This document shows, in pieces, positions 1-8,342 of a stretch of DNA of 64,000 bases. This DNA comes from an uncultured Thermoleophilaceae bacterium. Its GTDB lineage: Bacteria; Actinomycetota; Thermoleophilia; Solirubrobacterales; Thermoleophilaceae. Within the stretch, counting starts at the first letter, position 1; every line of letters begins with the position of its first letter. The stretch is from positions 55,837-119,836 of the forward strand of contig CAWKKJ010000024.1 in assembly GCA_963850205.1 (NCBI GenBank), read 5' to 3'. The notes beneath the pieces were generated by a model. That model did no database searches. It was not told the origin of the DNA and was given only the letters and a program-made list of their open reading frames with translations. Position numbers and translations under genes: made by a program.

Positions 1-129
1 CGGTAAGGGACCGGATGGCCGCGGGTGGCGGCCGGTCTCAGCCGGCGGCGACGAGCAGGATGTGCGTCTGGATCAACAGAGGCGTCCGGGGCACAGGCTA
101 CTGCCTGCGGGGCAGTAGGGTGCCCGCGC

Positions 130-1401
130 GTGAGCGCCCTGCAGGAGCAGCTCGCCTACCTCGAAGGCTCGAGCCCGTTCTACCGGGAGCGGCTGCGCGG
201 CATCCGGGAGCACGTTCGCACGGAGGCAGACCTGCCTCGGCTGCCGTTCACCACCAAGGACCAGCTGCGCGAGGGCCAGCGCCGCGACCCGCCCTTCGGT
301 CCGCAGCTGTGCGCCCCGCGCGAGCGTCTGGTGCGAATGCACGTGACCTCGGGCACCACCGGCGACCCCGTGGCGGTCGGGTTCACCCGCGCCGATCACG
401 AGGCGAACTCCAACCTCGGCGGCGAGGCCTTCCGGATCGCAGGGCTGCTGCCGGGCGACGTCGTCGCGCACTGCCTCAACTACTCGCTCTACGCGGGCGG
501 CATCGCGGACCACATGGCGCTCGAGAGGAGCGGCGCCACGGTGGTCCCGGTGGGCACCGGCCAGTCGGAGAGGCTGCTCGGCCTCATCCCGCGGCTCGGG
601 ATCACGGCCATCTTCGGCACGCTGTCCTTCCCCGCCTACCTCGCCGCCCGTGCGCGGGAGCACGGCTTGGACCCGGCCGCCCTGAGGCTGCGCCACATCG
701 TCACCGCGGGCGAGCCGGGGGCCGGTCTCGCGGCGGTGCGCGCCGAGATCGAGGAGACCTGGAACGCAACCGTGGCCGACACCTTCGGGATGAGCGACGT
801 CTGGTCGACCATGGCGGGCGCCTGCGGGGAGGGCGACGGCCTGCACCTGACCACCGGCGGGCGCGCCCTGCTCGAGCTGGTGGACCCGGACTCCGGCGCT
901 CCCGTCGAGCAGAGCGACGGGGCGGCCGGCGAGCTGGTGTGGACCCACCTGGGCCGCGAGGCCTCGCCGCTCCTGCGCTATCGCTCGGGCGATCTCGGAC
1001 GCGTGTGGACCTCGCCCTGCGCTTGCGGGCGCACGACGCCTCGGGTGTCCATCGAGGGCAGGCGCGACGACATGCTGCGCGTCCAGGCGGTGAACGTCTA
1101 TCCGCAGGCGATCAGCGCGATCCTGTCGGGTAACGGGCGGCTGGGGCGCCACTGCGTCGTCGTGCGAGGCGATCCGATCACGCCACCGATCGAGGTGTAC
1201 GTGGAGGCGCCCGCACAGACCGACCTCGCTGCGCTGGAGGCCGAGCTGCACAGCGCGCTGCGGGCCCGCTTCGCGCTGACGCGGCTCGAGCCCGGCTCGC
1301 TGCCGGCCGCGGAGCAGAAGACAAGGCAGGTGCACCGGACCGCGCGGGGCGACCCCCTGCCCGACGCCGTCAAGAACCTCGGGAGGCAACCAGGCCAATG
1401 A
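130..1401 (+). CDS. Phenylacetate-CoA ligase-like adenylate-forming enzyme (PaaK / coenzyme F390 synthetase family)
   Basis: ORF 25..1401. AMP-binding loop HVTSGTTGDPV and a PaaK-like N-terminus (SALQEQLAYLEGSSPFYRERL). Start moved to the in-frame GTG at 130 because the residues before it are Arg/Ala filler. ATGA overlap with the next gene at 1398-1401. Confidence 0.75.
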   Translation: MSALQEQLAYLEGSSPFYRERLRGIREHVRTEADLPRLPFTTKDQLREGQRRDPPFGPQLCAPRERLVRMHVTSGTTGDPVAVGFTRADHEANSNLGGEAFRIAGLLPGDVVAHCLNYSLYAGGIADHMALERSGATVVPVGTGQSERLLGLIPRLGITAIFGTLSFPAYLAARAREHGLDPAALRLRHIVTAGEPGAGLAAVRAEIEETWNATVADTFGMSDVWSTMAGACGEGDGLHLTTGGRALLELVDPDSGAPVEQSDGAAGELVWTHLGREASPLLRYRSGDLGRVWTSPCACGRTTPRVSIEGRRDDMLRVQAVNVYPQAISAILSGNGRLGRHCVVVRGDPITPPIEVYVEAPAQTDLAALEAELHSALRARFALTRLEPGSLPAAEQKTRQVHRTARGDPLPDAVKNLGRQPGQ

Positions 1402-2150
1402 CCGTGACCACGACCGACCTCGGCGCCATCCGGATGATCAGCTGGGACCGCCAGGCCCGCCGCAACGCGTGGGACCTGGACACCATGACCGCCATAGCCG
1501 ACGCCATGGAAGAGGCCGGCGCCGATCCGGCCGTGCGCTGCCTGGCGCTGCGCGGAGCGGGAGAGCACTTCTCGGCGGGGGACGACCTGCACGCGGCAGT
1601 GGCTGCGGACCGGGACGCGTGGGAGGCGACGATCGAGGGCTTCCAGCGCCTCACGCGGGTGGTGCTGGCCGTCCCGGTCCCGGCGATCGCGATCGTGGAC
1701 GGGGTGTGCGTAGGGGGCGCGCTCGAGTTCGCGGCCAGCTGTGACCTGCGCCTCTGCAGCGACCGCGTGCGACTGCTCACGCCCGAGGTGGGGATCGGCC
1801 TGGTGGCCTCCAACGCCGGCACGCTGTTGCTTCCCGAGCTGCTCGGCGAGACCGCCGCCCGCGAGCTGCTGCTCTCGGGCGAGTCGCGCGACGCAGCCTG
1901 GGCGCTCGCGCACGGCTTCGCCACCGAGGTGGTCCCGCCGGACGAGCTCGACGCCCGCCTCGAGCACTGGGGCGAGCTGTTCGCGCGCAACTCGCGGGCC
2001 GCGACGGCAGCCACGAAGGAGATGCTGAACCAGCGCCTCGGAGAGCTCGTGGCGGCGGCGATGGAGCGCGAGACCCACCACTGCGTTCGGCTGTTCGGCG
2101 AGGAGGACGCGCGCGCGGCGTTAGGCGCGTTCGCGGAGCGACGCCGGTAG
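1398..2150 (+). CDS. Enoyl-CoA hydratase/isomerase (crotonase) family protein
   Basis: ORF 1398..2150. Crotonase-like segments LRGAGEHFSAGDDL and AIVDGVCVGGALEFAASCDLR. Translationally coupled (ATGA) to the upstream ligase. Confidence 0.85.
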   Translation: MTVTTTDLGAIRMISWDRQARRNAWDLDTMTAIADAMEEAGADPAVRCLALRGAGEHFSAGDDLHAAVAADRDAWEATIEGFQRLTRVVLAVPVPAIAIVDGVCVGGALEFAASCDLRLCSDRVRLLTPEVGIGLVASNAGTLLLPELLGETAARELLLSGESRDAAWALAHGFATEVVPPDELDARLEHWGELFARNSRAATAATKEMLNQRLGELVAAAMERETHHCVRLFGEEDARAALGAFAERRR

Positions 2151-3443
2151 CGCCTCGAGCCCCGGCGCGGCCGGCGGCGCCAGGCTCTCGTCGCGGGCGA
2201 ACAGCGTCAGGAGGCTGCCGGCCACCATCAGCAGCGCCAGCCCGGTCAGGGGCGTCTCGAAGCCGCCCGTGGAGTCCTCGGTCACGCCGGTGAAGGCCGG
2301 GCCGGCGAAGCCGCCCAGGTTGCCCACCGCGGCGATCAGAGCGATTCCGGTCGCGGCCGCGGTGCCGCTCAGAAAGGCGGTGGGCAGGGCCCAGAACAGG
2401 GGAATCGCCGACAGCAGCCCCACCGCCGCCAGCGTGATCGACAGGGTGAGGGTGAGCGGCGACGAGGCGTACGCCGTGAGCAGGGTGCCGGCCGCTCCCA
2501 TGAGCGAGAGCACGACCACGAAGGCCCGCCGGCGGCCGCGGCGCTCGGCCGCGCGGGCCGCCCAGAGCATCACCGCGGTCGCCACGCCGTAGGGAATCGC
2601 CGCCAGCACCCCCACCGCGAAGTCGCTGTACCCGGTCCGGTCCTGCACGAGGTCGGGCACGAAGAACGTGAGCCCGAACCCGGTGGCCAGCAGGATGAAG
2701 TAGACGACCGCGAGCAGCCAGACCTGCGGATTGCGCAGCGCGTCACGGAGACGGTGCTGGCCCTCGGCCTCCTTCAGCTCCCGCTCACGCTCCACCTCGC
2801 CGGAGAGAAAGCTGCGCTCGTCGGGCTCGAGCCAGGCCGCCTGCTCGGGCCGGTCGTCGAGGTAGCGCAGCGTGACCAGCCCGAGCCCGATGGCGGGCAG
2901 GCCCTCGACCAGGAACAGCCACTGCCAGCCGTCGAGGCCGGCCAGGCCGTCGAGCTCGAGCAGCGCGCCGGAGATCGGACCGCCGGCCACGTAGGCGGCG
3001 CCGATCGCGCTCAGGAACAGGGCCAGCACGCGAGTGCGCTCGCGCTCGGGAAACCACCAGGTGAGGTACAGGATGATCCCAGGGAAGAAGCCGGCCTCGG
3101 CCACCCCGAGCAGGAAGCGCAGGACGTAGAAGCCGGCCGCGCTCTCGATGAACATCGTCGCGGCCGACAGCACGCCCCAGACCACCATGATCGCGGCCAG
3201 CCAGCGACGGGCGCCGAAGCGGTGCAGGGCCAGGCCGCTGGGGACCCCGAAGAGCACGTAGCCGAGGGAGAAGATCCCGGCGCCGAGTCCGAAGATGGTG
3301 TCGCTGAAGCCGAGGTCCTCCTCCAGCTGAAGCTGCGCGAAGCTCACGTTCACGCGGTCCAGGTAGGCGACGACGTAGATCAGGAAGAGGAACGGGATGA
3401 GCCGCCGGGTGGCCCTCCGGAACGCGCGCTCCTCCAGCGTCAC
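2121..3443 (-). CDS. MFS transporter (anion/cation symporter-like)
   Basis: ORF 2121..3443 (-), 440 aa. Multiple hydrophobic helices and a typical MFS N-terminus (RLIPFLFLIYVVAYLDRVNVSFAQL). Confidence 0.85.
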   Translation of the reverse strand: MTLEERAFRRATRRLIPFLFLIYVVAYLDRVNVSFAQLQLEEDLGFSDTIFGLGAGIFSLGYVLFGVPSGLALHRFGARRWLAAIMVVWGVLSAATMFIESAAGFYVLRFLLGVAEAGFFPGIILYLTWWFPERERTRVLALFLSAIGAAYVAGGPISGALLELDGLAGLDGWQWLFLVEGLPAIGLGLVTLRYLDDRPEQAAWLEPDERSFLSGEVERERELKEAEGQHRLRDALRNPQVWLLAVVYFILLATGFGLTFFVPDLVQDRTGYSDFAVGVLAAIPYGVATAVMLWAARAAERRGRRRAFVVVLSLMGAAGTLLTAYASSPLTLTLSITLAAVGLLSAIPLFWALPTAFLSGTAAATGIALIAAVGNLGGFAGPAFTGVTEDSTGGFETPLTGLALLMVAGSLLTLFARDESLAPPAAPGLEALPASLRERA

Positions 3444-3509
3444 GCGGCGACCCTAGACGCTGGCGGGCCTCGCGGGCGCCGGACGCGCGCTCACTACTCT
3501 GAGGTGACG

Positions 3510-3743
3510 ATGGTGATCGCCCAACCGGCCGCGCTGCACATCCTCACGCCCGGCAGCCCGGCCTACGCCCTGGCCAAGGTGAGCGCGGTGGGCGGCCTCG
3601 TCGCCCTCCGCATGGTGCTCGCGCGCCGCGAACGGCGCCGGACCGAAGAGGAGGCCGCGGCCGAAGCTCCCGAGCCTGTGCCGGTACGCCGGCGGCCGCA
3701 CCCGGTCAGCAAGAAGAAGCGCAAGCGCCGGCGGCGAGGGTAG
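3510..3743 (+). CDS. Small hypothetical protein with one hydrophobic segment and a Lys/Arg-rich tail
   Basis: Tail of ORF 2754..3743 starting at ATG 3510. GAGG Shine-Dalgarno at 3501-3504 and strong GC3 bias. No recognisable family. Confidence 0.4.
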   Translation: MVIAQPAALHILTPGSPAYALAKVSAVGGLVALRMVLARRERRRTEEEAAAEAPEPVPVRRRPHPVSKKKRKRRRRG

Positions 3744-4691
3744 TCAGAGCCGGACCTTCCCCGCCCGCGCCAGTCCGGCGCGGTGGGCCTCCAGCAGGGC
3801 GAGGCACAGCGCCAGGTCCTGGATCGCCAGCCCGGTGGAGTCGAACAGGGTTATCGCTGCAGGGCTCGACCGCCCCGGGACCGAGCCGGTGAGCACCCCG
3901 CCGAGCTCGCGCACGGCGTCGCGGCCGACGAGGCCGGCCGTCACCGCTCCGGTGAGCTCGCCGCCGTGGCTGGCCTGCTCCCACTCGTCGCAGAACAGCT
4001 CGCAGCGGGCCACCGCGGCCGGCTCGGCCTCGGCCTTGCCGGGGCCGTCGGCGCCCAGCATGTTGAGATGAAGGCCCGGGCGCAGGTCCGACTCGAACAC
4101 CACCGGCTCGTGACTGGGGGTGACGCACGTGACCACATCGCAGGCCAGGGCGTCTTCACGGCTGCCCGCCTCCCAGCCCAGCTCGCCGGCCAGCCGGCCC
4201 GCCGCCTCCGGGTCACGGTCGAAGCAGACGCCCGGTCCGAGCTCCGCGGCCGCCAGGCAGCGCGCGGCCCACGCGCCGTGCAGCCCGCAGCCCACGATCC
4301 CGGTCGTGCGCGCGTCGTCGGTAGCCAGCTCCTGGGCCGCCACCGCGGCCACCGCGCCGGTGCGCAGCGCGGTCACCGCGCGCACGTCCACCAGCGCGAG
4401 CGGCCGTCCGTCCTCGGCGGAGGACACGCAGATCATCCCCATCACCACCGGCAGCCCGGCCCGCGGGTTGGCGGGGAAGGAGGTGACCCACTTCAGGATG
4501 GCCAGACCGGCCCCGCGGGCCGGCATCGCCCGGAAGTCGCCCTGGGGCGGAGCGTCGAGGTAGACCTTGGCCGGCATCTGCCACTCGCCGGCCGCGTGCT
4601 CCACGAACCCGTGGCGCACGCGATCGATCGCCTCGGCGGGGGAGATCGCCTGGAGCACGGCGTCGTGGTCGAAGACGAGGAGCTCGGGCAC
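3744..4691 (-). CDS. Ornithine cyclodeaminase / mu-crystallin family protein
   Basis: ORF 3744..4691 (-), 315 aa. Family-typical stretches: ALRTGAVAAVAAQELA, the Rossmann-like IVGCGLHG, and MLGADGPGKAE. Confidence 0.85.
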   Translation of the reverse strand: MPELLVFDHDAVLQAISPAEAIDRVRHGFVEHAAGEWQMPAKVYLDAPPQGDFRAMPARGAGLAILKWVTSFPANPRAGLPVVMGMICVSSAEDGRPLALVDVRAVTALRTGAVAAVAAQELATDDARTTGIVGCGLHGAWAARCLAAAELGPGVCFDRDPEAAGRLAGELGWEAGSREDALACDVVTCVTPSHEPVVFESDLRPGLHLNMLGADGPGKAEAEPAAVARCELFCDEWEQASHGGELTGAVTAGLVGRDAVRELGGVLTGSVPGRSSPAAITLFDSTGLAIQDLALCLALLEAHRAGLARAGKVRL

Positions 4692-4720
4692 GGTGGGAGG
4701 CCGGTTACGCTACCCGGCCG

Positions 4721-4951
4721 GTGAGCCGCAACGGCAAGCAGCAGCCCCGCCGCCCGCGGATCGAGATCGGGCAGGCCAACGCCTCGCCCGAGGAGGCGGC
4801 CGCGATCGCCGCCGCGATCGAGCAGTTCCTGCGCGACACGGCGCCCCCGGCGCCCGCCGTCGCCAGGTTGAGCCCCTGGACGCGCGCCGGCCTGCTGGAA
4901 GGGACCGGCGGCGGTCCCTCCGGCTGGGGCGACCGGCCGGGCTGGGCCTAG
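4721..4951 (+). CDS. Small hypothetical protein (weak resemblance to acyl-CoA carboxylase epsilon-type peptides)
   Basis: ORF 4721..4951 with a GTG start and strong GC3 bias. The pattern IEIGQANASPEEAAAIAAAIEQFL...SPW recalls ACC-epsilon peptides, but this is from memory only. Confidence 0.4.
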   Translation: MSRNGKQQPRRPRIEIGQANASPEEAAAIAAAIEQFLRDTAPPAPAVARLSPWTRAGLLEGTGGGPSGWGDRPGWA

Positions 4952-4955
4952 CGCC

Positions 4956-5732
4956 TCAGCGGGCGGCGACCGTGCGGTAGCGCCGCACCGCCAGCGGCGC
5001 GAAGATCGCGATCAGCGCGAAGCACCACACGAACGACATCCAGATGTCCGAGTTCGCCGGCGCGTCGAGCCACAGCGCGCGCAGGGCGTCGGTGATGGTG
5101 CTGAACGGGTTGGCCTCGGCGAACTGCCGCAGCCCGTCCGGCATCGAGGCCACCGGGACGAACATCGAGGACGCGAAGGTGAGCGGGAAGATCAGGGTGA
5201 AGCCCACCGCGTTGGCGGTCTCCGGCGAGGACGAGAACAGCCCCACCAGCGCGAAGATCCACGAGAACGCGTACCCCAGCAGCAGCAGCAGCACGATGCC
5301 CAGCGCGATCTCCCCGGCACTCGCCCCTTTGAAGGCGAAGCCGGCGATGAAGCCCACCGCGAAGAGGACCACGAGCGACAGGCAGTTGAGCAGGATGTCC
5401 GAAAATGTCCGGCCGGTGAGCACGGCGGCGCGTGACATCGGCAGCGACCGGAAGCGGTCGATGAGCCCCTTCTGCACGTCCTCGGACAGGCCGAGGGCGG
5501 TGACGAACCCGCCGAAGGCGATCGACTGGGCGATGATGCCCGGCATGAGGAAGTCGACGTAGTCGTAGCCGGGCGTCTGGATCGCCCCGCCGAAGACGTA
5601 GACGAACAGCAGCACGAACATCACCGGCTGGACGGTGTAGGCGATCAGCAGGTCGGGCTGGCGCGGGATCCGCTTCAGGTTGCGGCGGGCCAGCACCAGC
5701 GTGTCCGAGGCGGTCATGGCCAGCGCGCTCAT
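4956..5732 (-). CDS. ABC-2 type transporter permease (DrrB-like)
   Basis: C-terminal 258 aa of ORF 4956..6656 (-), starting MSALAMTASDTLVLARRNLKRIPRQPD. About 6 predicted TM segments. ATGA overlap with the ATPase stop at 5729-5732. Confidence 0.85.
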   Translation of the reverse strand: MSALAMTASDTLVLARRNLKRIPRQPDLLIAYTVQPVMFVLLFVYVFGGAIQTPGYDYVDFLMPGIIAQSIAFGGFVTALGLSEDVQKGLIDRFRSLPMSRAAVLTGRTFSDILLNCLSLVVLFAVGFIAGFAFKGASAGEIALGIVLLLLLGYAFSWIFALVGLFSSSPETANAVGFTLIFPLTFASSMFVPVASMPDGLRQFAEANPFSTITDALRALWLDAPANSDIWMSFVWCFALIAIFAPLAVRRYRTVAAR

Positions 5733-6718
5733 GCGTAGGTCTCCTCTCGCTTCTCGGCGTCGGCTTCGTCCTCGCGCTCCTCCTCGGCAGCGTGGCCGGT
5801 GAGCGCGATGAAGACGTCGTCCAGCGTGGGCCGGCGCAGGGCGATGTCGGCGATGTCGACGTCGGCGCCGTCCAGCCGGCGGACCGCCTCGGCGATCACA
5901 CCCGCGCGCGGCCGCACCGCCGCCCGGACCGTGTGGTCCTCGAGCGTGGGACGCTCCTCGGCCATCTCCGCCAGCGCGGCCATGGCCCGCTCGGCGTCGG
6001 CTTGGTCGTCCAGGCGTACCTCCACCCGCTCGCCGCCCACGCGGTCCTTGAGCTGGTCCGAGGTGCCCTCCGCGATCACCGTGCCGTGGTCGATGACCAC
6101 GATCCGGTCCGCGAGGCGATCGGCCTCGTCCAGGTACTGGGTGGTGAGCAGGACCGTCGCGCCGGCCGCGGCCCGGGACTCGATCGTGTCCCACATGCCG
6201 ATGCGGCTGCGCGGGTCGAGGCCGGTGGTGGGCTCGTCCAGGAACAGCACCGGCGGCCGGACGATCAGCGCGGCGGCCAGGTCGAGGCGCCGGCGCATTC
6301 CGCCCGAGTAGGTCTTGACCGGGCGCTTGGCGGCGTCGCTGAGCTCGAAGTGCTCGAGCAGCTCGTCTGCTCGCTCGCGCGCCGCGGCCCCGCCTATGTG
6401 GTAGAGGCGGCCCACCATCTCCAGGTTCTCGAACCCGGTCAGGTTCTCGTCCACGGCCGCGTACTGGCCCGCGAGACCGATCTTCGTGCGCAGCTTGGCG
6501 GCGTCGCGCACGGCATCGAGGCCGGCCACCGTGGCCGTGCCTCCATCGGGCTCGAGGAGCGTGGTCAGGATCCGCACAGCGGTGGTCTTGCCGGCCCCAT
6601 TGGGGCCGAGCAGGCCGAAGACGGTTCCGGTCTCCACCTCGAAATCCACCCCGCACAGGGCTCGTACGGAGCCGTAGGACTTCTCGAGGCCTTCGACGAC
6701 GATTGCGTTCTCAGTCAC
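5729..6718 (-). CDS. ABC transporter ATP-binding protein (DrrA / daunorubicin-resistance-like)
   Basis: ORF 5729..6718 (-). Walker A GPNGAGKTT, signature YSGGMRRRL, Walker B VLFLDEPTTGLD. Confidence 0.9.
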   Translation of the reverse strand: MTENAIVVEGLEKSYGSVRALCGVDFEVETGTVFGLLGPNGAGKTTAVRILTTLLEPDGGTATVAGLDAVRDAAKLRTKIGLAGQYAAVDENLTGFENLEMVGRLYHIGGAAARERADELLEHFELSDAAKRPVKTYSGGMRRRLDLAAALIVRPPVLFLDEPTTGLDPRSRIGMWDTIESRAAAGATVLLTTQYLDEADRLADRIVVIDHGTVIAEGTSDQLKDRVGGERVEVRLDDQADAERAMAALAEMAEERPTLEDHTVRAAVRPRAGVIAEAVRRLDGADVDIADIALRRPTLDDVFIALTGHAAEEEREDEADAEKREETYA

Positions 6719-6795
6719 GCCCGCTGACGCTAGCGAAGCTCCGGTGCGGATCCCGTTCGGTTGTCCACACCATCCGCGGTTACACTCCCGCGCCG

Positions 6796-7275
6796 ATGAA
6801 GCGCCTCCTCGCCGTCGCAGCCGCTCTGGTCATCTCCGGCGTCATCGCTTCTCCCGCCTTCGCGATTCATCCCAAGTTCAGGGTCTATCCCGGCGTGGGC
6901 ATCGGGCCGGTGAGGGTGGGCGACACCCGGGCCGATCTCAACGACCGGCTGGGCAAGCCGGAGCGCGAGGGGGCCATCTGGCGTTACAAGGTGCGGGTCT
7001 CCGACAGCCTCGGCATCGTCAAGGTGCTCTTCGACGGCAAGCGCGCCATGAACGTCTTCACCGACGACTCGCACTTCCGCTATCGCGGGGTGCACGTCGA
7101 CACCGCGCGGGACGAGGCGGTCCGGGTGCTGCGGGGCGCCGGCTTCCGCCTCGGGCGGTGCGGTCCGGGGCGATCGCTGTACAAGCCCGACAAACGGACG
7201 ACCTTCGACCTCTACCGCGGTGAGGTCGAAACCATCTTCGTCGTGCGCGATCCGGCCGACTGCGTGCCGGGCTAG
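6796..7275 (+). CDS. Secreted hypothetical protein
   Basis: ORF 6703..7275 trimmed to ATG 6796. Signal peptide MKRLLAVAAALVISGVIASPAFA. No family recognised. Shares a CTAG stop overlap with the convergent gene. Confidence 0.55.
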   Translation: MKRLLAVAAALVISGVIASPAFAIHPKFRVYPGVGIGPVRVGDTRADLNDRLGKPEREGAIWRYKVRVSDSLGIVKVLFDGKRAMNVFTDDSHFRYRGVHVDTARDEAVRVLRGAGFRLGRCGPGRSLYKPDKRTTFDLYRGEVETIFVVRDPADCVPG

Positions 7276-8276
7276 CCGCGCCGGACCAGCACCCGCCGGC
7301 CGTACACTCGCCGCGGCGCCGGCGCGTCCGGGCTGAGCCACGCCGGCCGAGGCTCTCCCAAGAGCGTGGCGGCGAAGAAGTCCGCCGCCGCCCGGTCCAC
7401 CCAGGCCTGCTGGTCGGCGGGCCGCAGCAGCGACCCGTCGCAGCGAGAGGGGGCGTCGTTTCGCCGCAGGCGTGACAGGGTGCGGTTGAAGTAGTTGTGG
7501 TTGGCCTGCTCGAGCCGGGCCAGGAACACGCGGCGGCGGCGATCGGGGTTCCGGCGCGCCCGAGCGAGATACTCGCGGCCCATCGACCCGGTGTCTCCGT
7601 CGCACGAGCCGAGCACGACAGCGGCGGGCAGGTCGGGGAGCGGCACCCGGCCGAAGACCGGGGCCAGCAGGAACAGGGAGCGCACCCTCGCGCGGCCGTC
7701 ACCGCGGGCGAAGCGCACCGAGCGGTGGCCGCTCAGGGAGTGGCCCAGCAGACCCATGCGGCCAACCTCCACCCGTCCCTGCAGCGGCAGCCCGAACCTG
7801 CCCCCGCCGCCGATGGCCTCGCGGTCGAGCCGGTCCAGCAGCCGGATCACCAGCCGCGGCCAGCGCCGCAGGTCGTCCGGCTCCCCCCATCCGGTGGTGA
7901 AGCCGCCGTTGAGGTCCGGGGCCACGGCCACCATCCCGCGTTCCGCCAGCGCTCGCACCACGTGCCGCAGGCCGAGGTCGTTGCGCTGCTCGCGCGCGAA
8001 GCAGGGCCAGATCGGGGCGTCTGCCGGGCCGAAGGGGCAGTTGGTGTCGTGGCGGCCGTGGAGGACCAGCACCAGCGGCCGCGGGCCCGGCGCGGCCGCC
8101 GCGGTGGGAGCACCGATCGCGCCCCACAACCGGATCGGCACCGGCCCTTTGGGACCTGGGTCGGGCAGCTCGACGCGGCCCAGGTCGTAGTCGCGCACCT
8201 GGGCCGGCAGGGCGGCGGCCGTCCCGGGCAGGGCGAGCGCGAGGAGGCCGACGAGGGTCGAGAGAGCGCGCTTCAC
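7272..8276 (-). CDS. Secreted alpha/beta hydrolase (lipase/esterase-like)
   Basis: C-terminal 334 aa of ORF 7272..8702 (-), from GTG 8276. Signal peptide VKRALSTLVGLLALALPGTAAA and nucleophile elbow GHSLSG. The upstream part of the long ORF is filler. Confidence 0.65.
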   Translation of the reverse strand: MKRALSTLVGLLALALPGTAAALPAQVRDYDLGRVELPDPGPKGPVPIRLWGAIGAPTAAAAPGPRPLVLVLHGRHDTNCPFGPADAPIWPCFAREQRNDLGLRHVVRALAERGMVAVAPDLNGGFTTGWGEPDDLRRWPRLVIRLLDRLDREAIGGGGRFGLPLQGRVEVGRMGLLGHSLSGHRSVRFARGDGRARVRSLFLLAPVFGRVPLPDLPAAVVLGSCDGDTGSMGREYLARARRNPDRRRRVFLARLEQANHNYFNRTLSRLRRNDAPSRCDGSLLRPADQQAWVDRAAADFFAATLLGEPRPAWLSPDAPAPRRVYGRRVLVRRG

Positions 8277-8305
8277 CGGCCGCGACCGTAACGCCTGGAG
8301 GTTAA

Positions 8306-8332
8306 TACCGAAAACCCGATCGTGTTTTGGTA
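8306..8332. promoter_or_regulatory. Imperfect inverted repeat in the AT-richest stretch upstream of sirA (candidate operator)
   Basis: TACCGAAAAC-ccgatcgt-GTTTTGGTA read directly from the sequence. It lies in the 8277-8342 intergenic region between divergent genes. Confidence 0.25.
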
Positions 8333-8342
8333 CTTTGCTCGG

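Noticed and set aside
73-1398. Long antisense or shadow ORFs throughout the track. Examples: 73..1398 (-), 12967..14217 (-), 16107..17594 (-), 23763..26369 (+), 27996..31127 (-), 34257..37172 (-), 45736..47727 (-).
   Set aside because: Their translations are Arg/Gly/Pro/Ala filler with no motifs. They lie opposite or out of frame to genes with clear family signatures. Such open frames are expected in DNA of about 70% GC.
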